Below, piece after piece: positions 26,302 to 41,083 of a stretch of DNA of 64,000 nt. Source of the stretch: Octopus sinensis (taxonomy: Eukaryota). The notes under the pieces are model-generated. The model was not told the DNA's origin. It searched no databases and saw only the letters and a list, made by a program, of their open reading frames with translations. The position numbers and the translations under genes are program-made. Position 1 is the first letter of the stretch; each line of letters begins with the position of its first letter. The stretch covers positions 38,750,001-38,814,000 of the forward strand of contig NC_043008.1 in the NCBI RefSeq assembly GCF_006345805.1, read 5' to 3'.

Positions 26302-27572
26302 GTCTATATATATATATCTCTCTCTCTCTCTCTAACTCTATCTATCTATCTATCTATTGATATATATATATAGGTTATGTTTAAAATGAAATTTGGATAG
26401 GAGACTTTAAAATGTGACATATTAATAAATATCTGTAAATATAAAACCATCCAGATTTCTGAGTACCTTATTTCTTCTAATATATATGGCTCAGTGGTTA
26501 GAGCGTCGAGCTTACGATCGCGAGGTTGTGAGCTCGAATCCCGGACCGGGCTGCGTGTTGTGTTCTTGAGCAAGGCACTTTATTTCACGTTGCTCCAGTT
26601 CACTCAGCTGTAGAAATGAGTTGTGACGTCACAGGTGCCAAGCTGTATCGGCCCTTGCCTTTCCCTTGGACAACATCGGTGACGTGGAGAGGGGAGGCTG
26701 GTATGCAAGGGCGACTGCTGGTCTTCCATAAACCACTTGCCCAGACTTGTGTCTAGGAGGGTAACTTTCTAGGTGCAATCCCATGGTCATTCATGACCGA
26801 AGGGGGTCTTTATATATATATATATATGATATATATGTATATATGATATATATATATAAGTATGATATATATATATACATATTGTGGCACTCTTTCGGTT
26901 ATGACGACTAGGGTTCCATTTGACCCAATTAGCAGAACAGCCTGCTCGTGAAATTAACGTGTAAGTGGCTGAGCACTCCACAAACATGTGTACCCTTAAT
27001 GTAGTTCTTAGGGAAATTCAGCGTGACACAGAGTGTGACAAGGCTGGACCTTTAATATACAGGTACAACAGAAACAGGAAGAAAGAGTGAGAGAAAGTTG
27101 TGGTGGAAGAGTACAGCAGGGTTCACTACCACCCCCGGCTGGAGCCTCATGGATCTTTAGGCATTTTCCCTCAATAAACATTCACAATGCCTGGTCTGGG
27201 AATCGAAACCATGATCCCATGGCCACAAGTCTGCTGCCCTAACCACTGGACCATTGCACCTACACACACACTCACATACACACACACATACATTTGCATG
27301 TGTGTGCTTGTTTGCATAATTTTCTTTATGTAAGAGTTGTGAGACTATAAAACATTTCAAACGTATACATTATGTATTGCAAATATTATCTGATGCAGGA
27401 GTCAATAGATGAGATAGAGCAAAGAAGTTTGCTTATTATATTAAAACTTAACAATCTCCTTAAAGCTATGCTCTGGGTGAAACTTTGTGTAGCCAGTCAA
27501 CTTTTGGTATACTAAGCATACACACGCATGTGCACACACACACACATATACTATACATAGATATATTCATAT

Positions 27573-27645
<73 letters not shown>

Positions 27646-28708
27646 TATATATTTATATATATGTGCATGTGTGTGTGTACATGTATATATATATATGCAT
27701 ATATATTATATATATATGCATATATATATACATATAGAAATATATATATATGTATATATATAATATGTATATATATATACACACACACATATACATGTAT
27801 GTATATATGTATATATATCATATATATAGATAAATCATATATGTCAGATATATATATATATCAATTATATAGACCTTCCAGCCTCTCTAACACTCTTTTT
27901 CTCCCCATATACATACACACATGCACATAGACACACACACACACACACACACACCACACACACACACACATAAAAGTCAAAGCCACATTTAGCAATCACT
28001 TTGAGATGAAGCCTTTTAGATAACAGTAACCGTTTGATATCATTATTCATGATTATAAGAAGTGGCGTGTACGTGTGTGTGTGTCTGTGCATGTATGTGT
28101 ATCTGTATATATATATGTGTGTGTATGTATGTGTATATGTTTGTGTGATCATACATACAAATATCTACTTGTTTGAGTCATATCTATATTATTCTTAACA
28201 TAAATATTAATGATTTCATAATGGTAATAATTACAATATATACAAACGTCTTTGAATGATTACTATTTGCCATGATACAAAGAATAATTAAATTCCTATG
28301 ACGACTAGAATTATACAGACGTTTCAATCTTTTTCCAAGTGAATCTCGCAGAGCCATTAAACCAGCGGATAGGCTCCTGCTACGATAAGTTTTCTCGAAT
28401 GCAAAAAATACACAATATGAATGAATGCACAAACCATGATGTCATAGGTGTAAGCACCTTATGCATCAGATCGAATCTGTTGCAGATTTGCTTCTTGTTT
28501 GAATGCAGTTCATTTAACTTGTCTTTTAATGCCAATTGCAAAAGCAATGAATGTAAACATTTATTTTGGTTCTCTTTGCTCTAAAATAAATATAGGAGCT
28601 TAGTATTTTGTCAAGAAACCAACTTGCTAATCAATTATCTTCATATAATGCTAAGTCATGGGGACATAAAGACACCACCATCATTTGTCAAGCAATGTTG
28701 GGGCACAA

Positions 28709-28739
<31 letters not shown>

Positions 28740-29204
28740 CGGTGAACTTCTTTCAGTTTCCATCTACCAACTCTGCTAAAATTGAGACATAGGGGGAGCA
28801 AGAGATGTGGTCATTGGACCTTTTGGATGTTGCTGAACAGTGCAACTCATGCCAGCATGGAAAACAGATGTAAAATGATGATGGCAATAACAATGATGAT
28901 GATGGTGATGGTGATGGTTATGACGATGACGATGAGGATGATAATGATGATGACGATAACGATGACAATGACGATGATTATGATGATGATGATAATTACG
29001 ATGAAGATAATGAGAATGATAATCATCATAATTACCATTGTCATTATGATGAGTATGATGATGATGATAATGATGTGTGTATGCAAAAGAAAATCATAAC
29101 AAAAAAGAAAAAAAGGATCAAATATCATCGAAAGAATGCATTGTACTAATAATTGAACCCAAATGCTTTTTCTTTAAAAAACTTGAAATTTTGTATCCAA
29201 AGAA

Positions 29205-29359
29205 TAGGAGTGGCCGTGTGGTAAGTAGCTTGCTTACCAACCACATGGTTCCAGGTTCATTCTCACTTGGCACCTTGGACAAATGTCTTCTACTATAGCC
29301 TCGAGCTGACCAAAGCCTTGTGAATGGATTTGGTAGGCAGAAACTGAAAGAAGCTCGTC

Positions 29360-29393
<34 letters not shown>

Positions 29394-29635
29394 TATATAT
29401 ATATATATATGTATGTGTGGTATATGTTTGTGTGTCTATGTTTGTCCCCCCAACATCACTTGACAACTGATGGTGGTGTCTTTACGTCCCCATAACTATA
29501 GCATTCGCGGCAAAAGAGACCAATAGAAATAGTATAGGCTATTATAAGAATAAGTCCTGGGATCGGTTTGCTCGACTAAAGGTGGTGCTCCAGCATGGTC
29601 ACAGTCAAATGACTGAAACAAGTAAAAGAGTAAAA
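29205..29635 (+). mobile_element. SINE family B
   Basis: aggagtggccgtgtggtaagtagcttgc ... gactgaaacaagtaaaagagtaaaagag. Confidence 0.85.
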
Positions 29636-30709
29636 GAGAGAGTAAAGAGATATGAAAGTATATAAATGAGACTTCTCATAATTACACAAGTGTTAGATTA
29701 TCGCCCAAATTTTGTTTATTTTTAGCAGATTAAGATCAAATTAGCCTTATAGAAGCCATATTTCTGAAATTACCGACTTCATTGATGAATGAATGAATTG
29801 TAATAGGTTATGAAAAGAATGAAATATATGATGTATTTACGAGAGATTTACATCGTTATCCACCTCATAGGTCAAACTGAGATGAAATTTGATGATCCAG
29901 GAATAAGCGAAACTAGAGAGACTCAAATAAAATTTAGCTTCCACTTGCCAAAAGGTTCGTACAACAATTCTAGGATATATACACAAAACCTGATTACCAT
30001 TTGAAACATCTTATATCTTATATACTGTCTTCACCCATAGAATTAATAGAGTCGTTTCAAATCGGCCCTCACCTGCCAATGAGACAAAAGAGTAGGCAAC
30101 TTTTCAAGATATACATTAATTCAAAGGAGCCTGTTTGGTCTGCTGGATGAATAATGATGTAAATCTTTTCTAAATGCATCATATATTTAGTTCTTGAAAA
30201 TCTACCACAATTATTGGATGTATCTGATTACAATTTATGACTTTATCAACGATCTTGTAGAGTTGCTGAATTATTCTTCAGCAAAAAGTTTAGTTTATAA
30301 GTTATGGATTCCAAAATAATGATATTCCGCTGCTCACGATAAAGTAAATACCACTGGAAATGGTAGAAACTTAGCTTAGCATACTTAAACCATAAATTAA
30401 CGAACTTAATGTATACTATGGGTTGTGGCAATGAAAGGAAATCGTTAAATGCCTCAAATTTCAAACAAATATAGACAATATTACTGCTCAAATTTAGCTT
30501 AAAATTGCCATTACAAATATCTTAACGAACTCTCAATTTGGCTTCATTTCAAGTGTATATACTATACATCTACAAAGAACACAACCACATACGCACATAC
30601 ATTTATATATTGTAAGTGCACATTCAAACATTGTATCACATATATGTGCATGAAAATGATAAAGATGATATATGTGTATGTGTATATGCATATATACATA
30701 TATATACAT

Positions 30710-31015
30710 GGAGGTGCAATGGCCCAGTGGTTAGGGCAGCAGACTCGTGGTCGTAGGATTGCGGTTTCAATTCCCAGTCCCGGCGTTGTGAGTGTTTATT
30801 TAGCGAAAACACCTAAAGCTCCATGAGGCTCCAGCAGGGGGTGGTGGCAATCCCTGCTGTACTCTTTCGCCACAACTTTCTCTCACTCTTTCTACTGTTG
30901 GCCTGCTCGCTTAGCCAGCGGGGTGGCGTCATTTGAAGGCTAAAACAATGCAAAGTACATTGTGACCAGCGATGTGTAGCAACATTTGATAGCCTGGTCG
31001 GTCACGGTGATCACG

Positions 31016-31020
<5 letters not shown>
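30710..31020 (+). mobile_element. SINE family C
   Basis: GGAGGTGCAATGGCCCAGTGGTTAGGGCAGCAGACTCG head; ends ggtcacggtgatcacggtgat(at)n. Confidence 0.85.
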
Positions 31021-31065
<45 letters not shown>

Positions 31066-31803
31066 TATGTATATATATATATAGCTTACACAAAGCACAT
31101 GTTCCAATGGAGTGTTTTTAACAGATCAAATCTAATCCAACGTAGCAGTGGTACCTATTTCATTATTTTCAGAACATTGGAAAGTAGACTTCTTGAAATG
31201 ATTCTTGTAATTAAGGGTTTCATGTAATTAATTTGAGCTTCTTTGCTTACTGTGTCAAGAAATGTGTAGGATGTATTCAATTCCATAGAGCATACGTTCT
31301 TGGTTATAATCTTTGGAGACTTCTCTTTCAAAGCGTCACCAAGAAAACCCCCCTGTACAGACATACACACACACATACAGATAAATAGATAAATGAACAA
31401 ATAAAACACAAACACACACATATAAATAAAGAAGGCAGCAAGCTGGCAAAAGCGTTAGCATGCCGGGCAAAATGCGTAGCCATATTTCGTCTGCCATTAC
31501 ATTCTGAGTTCAAATTCGACCGAGGTCAAGTTTGCCTTTCATCCTTTCGGGGACGATAAATTAAGTACCAGGGGTCGATGTAATCGACTCAATCCCTTTA
31601 TCTGTCCTTGTTTGTCCCCTCTATGTTTAGCCCCTTGTGGGCAATAAAGAAATATATGTGTATGTGTGAGGTATTGGTGGTATACAGAAGACCCAAGGTG
31701 GCAGATAATGCTATTTAGGTGCTATGGAAGGACAGTAGTTAAACTCTCGGTTCGATAATGATACGAGTGAGGAGTCTAATGCAGGTCTTGTATGAGCATG
31801 TAT

Positions 31804-32054
31804 ATGTTAAATAAAATGAGACAACAAAGCCAAGGCTATGTGGAATTTTCAGGACATTTATAAAGAGAAAGTTAGTCTTATAGCTGTTTCTGTATTCCTG
31901 TTAATATTTCCTTCTATTTAACCATCTCACATCGTCTTTGATGAAAAGATATCCCTAATATCCCAGAAACAGCTGTAAGACTAACTTTCTCTTTATAAAT
32001 GTCCTGAAAATTCCACACAGCCTTGGCTTTTTCTTGTCTCATTTTATTTAACAT
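31804..32054 (+). mobile_element. Fold-back element (~89-bp inverted arms) with a degenerate HHR at 31934-31981
   Basis: Arms 31804-31892 and 31964-32054; GTCT TTGATGA ..gatat..tatccca GAAA CAGCTG TA AGAC (stem I GUCU/AGAC, palindromic ACAGCUGU, GUA triplet, core C3 changed to U); further remnant at 24280-24314. Confidence 0.65.
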
Positions 32055-32137
32055 CTATATATATATTTCTGTGTGTGTATATGCATGTGCGTGCATGTGT
32101 GTGTGTGTTTGTGTGTGTGTAAATGTTAATATATGTA

Positions 32138-32303
32138 TGGATCAAAGTATTTTGATTCAAATTCACTGGTACTCTGAGTTTCAAAGTGTGATGCTAATCC
32201 TCAGCCACTGGAAATTTGAATTTAAATTTCCAGTGGTTGAGGATTAGCATCACACTTTGAAACTTAAAATATCAATGAATTTGAATAAAACTGTTTTGAT
32301 CCA
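32138..32303. repeat. Near-perfect palindrome / MITE
   Basis: 41-bp arms 32177-32217 and 32224-32264 (one G-U mismatch, 6-nt spacer), imperfectly extended to tggatcaaa/tttgatcca. Confidence 0.8.
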
Positions 32304-32515
32304 CATATGTAACTCCTAATAAATGTGTTGAACACCCTTCTTTCGTTTGTCCACTCACATGAATATATAGATGTTCACCTCGACATCTGAAGCTTGGAGT
32401 TTTTTTATGGCAACTGAATAATTGTCACATATAATACTACAGATAAATTCCTCTATTTACATAATATCAAGGTCTCATTCATTCTTTTGTTGTCATACTA
32501 TTACTATTACTATTA

Positions 32516-32603
<88 letters not shown>

Positions 32604-33617
32604 GTAGATAGATAGGCAGTTAGGTAGGTAGGTAGATAGGTAAGTAGATAGATAAATAGGTAGGTAGGTAGGTCAGTTGGTAGACAAATAGAGAAGTAGA
32701 TAGACAAGTAGGTAAGTAGGTAGGTAGATAGGTAGGTTGATAGATATATAGATAGGTAGGTAGGTAGATATACACATGATGGTGATGATATGTGTGTATA
32801 TATATTTATAAATACAAATGTGTATGTATACGTGAAGATGCATGGCCTAATGACTAAGGTGATACACTCATGATCAGGAGATTGCAGGTTCAGTTCCCAG
32901 AACAGGTAGTGCATTTGTGTTCTTCAGCAAGACACTTCATTTCAAGTTGTTCTGCAATCTATGTTCAGTTGAACACTCATACGTCAATCATATATCTATA
33001 TATATATATATTTGGAAAAAGATGCGTGGCATTTGATCATATAATAATATAATAATAAACACACACAAGCACTCCATTGGTTATGGCGGTGAGGGTTCCA
33101 TTATGTGTATATAAATATGTATGTATGTGTATATATGTATACATGTATCGATAAAGAAATTACATGTATCGATAGATGGACGTATGCACACACATACACA
33201 TATTCATATATACATACATACATATATGCAAGTATATATATTTTATTCTATTTTATTCCTTTTAGAAATTATTTTTATCTAAAACATAGATTCTAATTTC
33301 CATATTAATGGGTATTAGTATAGCTGTTATAGCAATAATGTGCAATATAATAACAATACACGCTTGCAGGAATAGCAGCAAATTTCATAAAAGCTTCAAT
33401 TTAACAGCAACAAGGTGGTTTACTAAACATTTGTAAGAAACTAAAAGGTCTTCTTCATACTAGGAGGTGTGAGTAAACGCTTAGTGCTGTACTAGGCTAA
33501 ACCCCCATTTTTATAAGATGTCCGGTTAATAAATTGCTTTTACAAGAATATTTTATATTATTGTGTTATGAGGCAAAATAAGCTATTGAATCTTGAATTT
33601 AATGAGAGGAGAGAATT

Positions 33618-33666
<49 letters not shown>

Positions 33667-33672
33667 ACATAC

Positions 33673-33715
<43 letters not shown>

Positions 33716-33719
33716 CACT

Positions 33720-34160
33720 CTCTTTTACTATTTCTCTGTTACTTGTTTCAGTCATTTGACTGCAGCCATGCTGGAGCACTGCCTTTTAGTCGAGCAAATC
33801 GACTCCAGGACTTATTGTTTGGAAGTCTAGTAGCTATTCTATCGGTCTCTTTTGCCTAACTGCTAGTTATGGAGATGTAAACACACCACCATCGGTTGTC
33901 AAGCAATGTTGGGGGGACAAACACAGACACACACATACATGCACACACACACCACACACACACACACAAATAAAAAAAAAAATATATATACATATATGCA
34001 AAGGGCTTCTTTCATTTTCTGTCTACCAAATCCACTCACAAGGCTTTGGTCGGCCCAAAGCTATAGTAGAAGACACTTGCCCAAGGTGCCATGCAGTGGT
34101 AATGAACCTAGAACAATGTTGTTGGTAAGCAAGCTACTTACCACACACCACTCCTGTATA
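33720..34160 (-). mobile_element. SINE family B
   Basis: Colinear with 5513-5941. Confidence 0.8.
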
Positions 34161-34162
34161 TA

Positions 34163-34207
<45 letters not shown>

Positions 34208-35059
34208 ACACACTCACATGCATATATATATATAATAATATATAATATATATCACACATATATACATGTATACATACATATACACACACACAAACCACTG
34301 CATGTGAGCATTTTCCATAAAAAGATTAAGCCACACTGATTTGCATTCTTGGGATATCATAGATTTAAAGTGAAAATTTTAGGATCTTCCATTTGAGCCT
34401 CCATGAACATATGCATGTAGCCAAATTTACACAAAGTGCTTTGTGGAATTTCGTCCATCTTTATGTTCTGAGTTCAAATTCTGCTGAGATCGATTTTGCC
34501 TTTCATCCTCTTGGGGTCAATAAATTAAGTACTAGGGAAACACTGGGACCAATGTAATCAACTAGTCCCCTCCCCCAAGGTTTCAGTCTTTATGCCTATA
34601 GTAGAAACAATTATTATTATTATTGTTGTTGTTATTGTTGTTATTATTATTATTATTATTATCAATATTATTATTATTATTATTAAGGCAGCAAGCTGTC
34701 AGAATCGTTAGCATGATGGATAAAAAGTTTAATGGTATTTCACTTGTCGTTAAATTTGGAGTTCAAATTCTGCTGAGGTCGACTTTGCCTTTCATCCTTT
34801 CGGGGTCGATTACATAAGTACCAGTTACACACTGGAGTCAATATAATCGACTTAATCCGTTTCTCTGTCCTTGTTTGCCCCCTCTGTGTTTAGCCCCTTG
34901 AGAGCAGTAAAGGAATAAGAAATGTTAGCCGAGGTCAGCTTTGCCTTTCATCCTTTCAGAGTAGATAAATTAAGTACCAGTTGCATACTGGGATCGATCT
35001 AATCGATTGGCCATCTCCTCAAAAATTTCGGGCCCTGTGCCTAGAGTAGAAAAGAATAT

Positions 35060-35108
35060 TGCTGTTGTTGTTGTTGTTGTCATTAACCAGCAGCAGCAGT
35101 AACAGAAG

Positions 35109-35164
<56 letters not shown>

Positions 35165-35215
35165 ATGGTTGTGGTGGTGGTGGTGGTGGTTGTGGTGGTG
35201 GTGGTAGTGGTGGTG

Positions 35216-35262
<47 letters not shown>

Positions 35263-35345
35263 GGTGTGGGGGGATGTGGTGGTCTGGTGGTGGTGGGGGT
35301 GGTAGTAGTAGTTGTAGTAGTAGTAGCCGTTGTGATGGCTGTAGA
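35060..35345. repeat. Compound trinucleotide microsatellite (GTT/CAG/GTA/GGT)
   Basis: Visible directly; explains the low-complexity ORFs 35019-35468 and 35059-35358. Confidence 0.9.
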
Positions 35346-35739
35346 TTGTTGCCAGTAAATTCTACTACAAAGACAAGAATGCATAGAATAAAATATAAAA
35401 TAAAAAAAATAAAAAATAATAATAATAATAATAATAATAATATAATGAATAAGTAGATATAAAATCAATAAGTAAGCTATGAATAAATGAATGAATGAGT
35501 GAATGATTGTTTATTGGAGTTCTATATAAAGAGTGGAGTGTGTGCCTGTGTGTGTGTGTGGTGGGTGGAGGTGGTCATGGTTTGACCAAGAATGTGAAGG
35601 AAGAACAGAGAGAAATATTGTCAGAGAGAATATGAAGGAACAAGGCAAAACTGAAGTATGAACATAAACAGGAATAATATTACAAACACAAACTGATATA
35701 ATGGCTAAAGGCCTGCAGTGTTTAGGATATAACATACAT

Positions 35740-35770
<31 letters not shown>

Positions 35771-36618
35771 TATACATAATATATATATATATAAACACAC
35801 ATACACACGCACATATATGTATATGTATATAAAGTCTTTCCTGGGTGGGACTGGAATGTCTTTCAATGATATATACGTACATACGTATATAGCTATCTCT
35901 ATATATATATTTATGCATATGTATACATATACACATGTGTGCATGCATATTAATATATATGTGTATGTGTGTTTATATATGTATATATATATATATTTTT
36001 GTGTGTATATATATACATATATTTATTATATGTTAATATATGTATTATATATATATTTTTGTGTGTATATATATACATATATTTATGATATGATTTATAT
36101 ATATATATATATATATCTATATATATATATATATAATATATATATATATATGTGTGTGTGTGTGAGTATATGTATGTATGTGTGTATATAGCATCATGTG
36201 ACCATCATGTGACCGCCAGACAATCAGATTGTTGTTTACACATCGCTGGTCCAATGCGTTCGCATTGTTTTGGAGCCTTCGAATGACGCCACCGGGCCCG
36301 CTGGCTAGCGAGCAGTATGTATAATATATATATATATATCTAAATATATACGTGTGTGTATATGCATGTGGTATGTGTATATATATATATATATATCTAT
36401 ATATATATATATATGTATGTATATTATATAGATATATATTGTATGTATTAATCATTAAATACCAACTTAGTCTGATTTTCACATTATATTATTTACAATT
36501 TTTACATGTTACAATTCACACTTTGCAATTTTACGATATTGAAATAAACTAGTACTGTCCATGTATGGCACATCGTCAGGTTTACGTAGTGACAGTCGTG
36601 TCGTTTTGTCAGTGGGTT

Positions 36619-36718
36619 NNNNNNNNNNNNNNNNNNNNNNNNNNNNNNNNNNNNNNNNNNNNNNNNNNNNNNNNNNNNNNNNNNNNNNNNNNNNNNNNNN
36701 NNNNNNNNNNNNNNNNNN
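36619..36718. other. Assembly gap (100 N)
   Basis: Run of exactly 100 N, a placeholder-size gap. Confidence 1.
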
Positions 36719-37352
36719 CAAATATATATATATTGTATATATATATATAATATATTTATATATATATATGTAATAAATATATATATGCAAATATATATAT
36801 ATGTATGTATGTCAATCAATCTGTATGATCGCTAAAATAACTTGCTATAGAAATAAATGAACCTGAAATATAGGCATTTCTAAATCTGGAATTGTTAGTT
36901 ATATCAGATGTTCTTAGTCAAAAGCGACAAGAAATTAATCCAGGAGAGAAATAAATAAAAAGGGTGGGAGGAAGAAAAAAAAACTGGTAATCAAATTAAA
37001 TAGATAAATAGAATGAGTCGGAAAGCAAGAGAAAAACAGTGAAAGAGAGAGAGGTAGGGTAGAGATAAAAGAATGGCTGACGAAGGATGGAAGAGAGAGG
37101 AGGAGAGGGACAGGGAGAAGGGAGGGAAATAGGAGAAAGAAGGAGGAAGAAATACAAAAAAAAATATAAAGAATTTTAGACGAAACTGGGAGTTATGGTA
37201 TGGAATCGTTTTGGAAAGTTGTCGGAAATTAAGCGTTGGACACCATCTATTATTGTAAATGATTGATTTGCATCAAGGATAAGAAGTAAAAATGGATATA
37301 TAATACGTGTGTGTATGTGTATATTGTATTATAAATATATATGGTGTGTGTG

Positions 37353-37393
<41 letters not shown>

Positions 37394-39571
37394 ATAGGTA
37401 GATTGATTGATAGATAGATACATACATATATACATACAAACATACATACATATATACATATATATATATATAATTGATACATGTCTATATACATAATTAT
37501 CAATGTATTGATAACTTATGTATATACATAGTTATCAATGTATTGGTAAAATGGATATATAATACGTATGTGTATTTGTATATTGTATTATAAATATATA
37601 TATGGTGTGTATATATATAATGTGTGTGTGTGTGTTGTAGGTGTATAGATAAATACATAAATACATAGATATACACATAAATACATATATATATTGATAC
37701 ATGTCCATATACATAGTGATCAATGTATTATATATGCATCTATCTATCTATCTATGTATTTATCTATCTATCTATCTCGCTCTCTCACTCTCTCTCTCTC
37801 TATCTCTCTCTCTATATATATATATAAATATATATATACACATAATGCAAAACACAACACACACATAGACACACGCACATACATATATATATTTACACAC
37901 AGGCATATATATGTATGTATTTATGAATGTATATGTGTATGTAAGTATGCATGTATACACAGTAAAAACAAGAAACGTACACACACTACGGGGTGCTGTA
38001 TAATTAGTCGTAGCTATTATATTTTTGACGTAAGCTTTCAGCAAATTTTTCATATTATATATTTTTGCAGAGTTATCACAAATATATTTACAGTACAAAA
38101 GTTTATTACAATGGGGTAACTTCGTCAAACTTTATGAAGAAAATATACATCATACACTGAGATGGATCTATTATATTTTATATAATAGACGTAGGCCAAA
38201 AGTCAAGCCCCAAAATATTTGCTGTTTTTGTCTATATAGATGTTATTTCTGAAATGTGCTGTGTATACTAGATGAGTTCCCAATCTTATTGCATGACTTT
38301 TGGCCGACCCTGTACCCCGTATGTGCGTCACACGTAATGTTCATTTGTTTCTAAGAGTTTCACTTTCTATTTTATATGCATTTATTTCATCTTCAATGTG
38401 TATGTAATTGCTCCAGCAAGGCCACAGTTTAGTAAGTAAAACGATTAAGATATAAAAGAAAATATACGCGTGCGTTGCATAAATATTTGACCATTTTGGT
38501 TGTTGACATTTTGGCTATTGGCATTGTCTCAGGAGACAATAGAGTTGCGCATAAAATAATCTAGTCCGGCTTTTACATTTCATGTCGTAATACATCTCCT
38601 GCTGTGGCTGTATAGTCCTATCCTGGACAAATACTCCCTCTGGCAGGTGCCGCAAATATAGCGAAGACTTTGCCTGGCTGGTAGGATCTGCATATTTAAT
38701 ATAGTGACTCAATAAAGTTCGTTTCGCTCGAAATATCTTTACAATTAGTAGACAAAATCTCTGTCTAGTTTCTTTCAAAATCTATAAAAACCAGTAAGGG
38801 AGAAAATTCTAGTAATATAGATTAACTGTAAAATTGATTTCAAATTTTAGCACAGCGCCAATAATTTCGGCGGGAGGGGGGATAGTCGATTAAAACGATG
38901 CCAGTGTTCAACTGGTACTTATCTTATCGACCCGAAAAAGGATACAAGGCAAAGTCGACCACGGCGGAATTTCAACTGAAAACATAAAAACGGACAAATG
39001 CCGCTAAGCATCTTGCCTCGGGTGATAGCGATTCTGCTTCCTAACCATAAAAACTGAAAGCGTTTGAGATTCCAATATCAGAATGTATAAGAAAAATCTA
39101 AGAGCATATTTGAGATTATATTGAGGTTATATGTGTGTATTATGAATATAAATATATATGTATATATGTATGCATGTTTGTATGTATGTGTGTATGTATG
39201 TCTGTCTGTCTGTATGTCTGTATGTATGTATGTATGTATGTATGTATGTATGTATGTATGTATGTATGTATGCATACACACACGCACAAACATGTTGACT
39301 GCTCCAACGGCTCATTGCCGGTTAGATATATGCTGGCAGACGGAATTAGCCGACCATGAGCCATTGGAGTAGTCACCACTGACGATGACTACGGTATAGG
39401 CGAAACTAGGCATAGCCTAGTGGATCCCTGAAATGGTCATGCGGTGATTACATTGGGGACCCCATGGCCGAAGACTATCCACATGCTTGATATCTATCTA
39501 TCTATTAATCAATTTATGTATGTATGTATGTATGTGTGTATCTATCTATCTATCTATCTATCTATTTATAT

Positions 39572-39628
<57 letters not shown>

Positions 39629-40281
39629 GAGACAGACAGATAGATGTCATCTTGACAGAGTTGTGTGATTATACTATATATGTACTATAAATACATAAAC
39701 ACAGGTCCATATTCTTTCACTTGTTTCAATCATTTGACTGCGAATATGCTGGAGCACCGCCTTCAAATGTTTGCCGAACCGCTAACTTACGGTGACGTAA
39801 ACAAAGCAAAGTCGGTTGTCATGTGATGGGTGGATTAACAAAGACAACAAAGGTGAACACACAAATATCTGTCTATCAGTCTATCTATCTATCTATAAGA
39901 ACGTAACGGACGACAATAAAATCATATGGTAAGATTGACGGACAGGAAAACCCAGGACGGATTATTTGTGGCTTTCTGTTCATCAGTCAAGTTTCCAATT
40001 TTCATTACAGTTTCGGCCTGTTACACTTGAGAATGTTCAAAATTGGTAAGCCCCAAAAATCTAAGCTAAGATCATAAACTTTTTGGAAGAAAGCAAGTGA
40101 ATATGTACGATAATACAGATACAGAAAACGAGAAAACGGAGAAAATGTTACACGATACAAATACAAACAACACGAGAATAGCAACAAGTATCTTTCAACT
40201 AATAAGACATGTTGAGCTAGCGTGTGGAGTGAACGACTTGCGATACATACATACGTACATACATACAGAAAGACAGACAGA

Positions 40282-40330
<49 letters not shown>

Positions 40331-40656
40331 GTGTGTGTTGTGTTGTGTGGTGTGTGTGTGTATATGTGTATATATATATCTATATATATTATAGATATAT
40401 ATATAATAGTATATAATATATATAAACGACTGTATTCTTTCAGTTTCACACACTAACAAGGTTTGGTGTCACGAGGCTGTAGAAGGACACACTTGCCCAA
40501 GCTCCCATGCAGTGGGACTGAACCCGAATCTATGTGGTTGGGCAGCAGTTTCATACCACACAGCCACGCCTGCATCGATATTATATATATATATATATAT
40601 AAATATGCTTATGTATGTGTTATGTGTGTACATACATACATACATACATACATACA

Positions 40657-40687
<31 letters not shown>

Positions 40688-40933
40688 CTACTCTTGGCAC
40701 AAGGTCCGCAATTCTGGGGTTGGGTGGGGTGGGGGTAGTCGATTAGATCGAACCCACTACGCAAGTAGTAGTTAATTTATCGACTCCGAAAGGATGAAAG
40801 GGAAAGTCGACCTCGGCGAAATTTGAACTCAGAACGTATAAGACGAAATATCGGTAAGCATTTCGCCCGTTATGCTAACTTCTTTGTCAGCGCGCCGCCT
40901 TACATATTGCATATATACGTGCACAGATACACG

Positions 40934-40985
<52 letters not shown>

Positions 40986-41048
40986 ATATATATGCATACG
41001 TATATATATATATATATATATATGTATACGTATATGTAAGAGTGAGTG

Positions 41049-41083
<35 letters not shown>

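Noticed and set aside
28184-28584. ORFs 28184-28432 and 28339-28584 as host exons
   Set aside because: No good splice pair; YCVFFAFEKTY weakly resembles the LINE RT FVDFEKAFD motif, so a very old LINE fossil is more likely, but the evidence is too weak to call.
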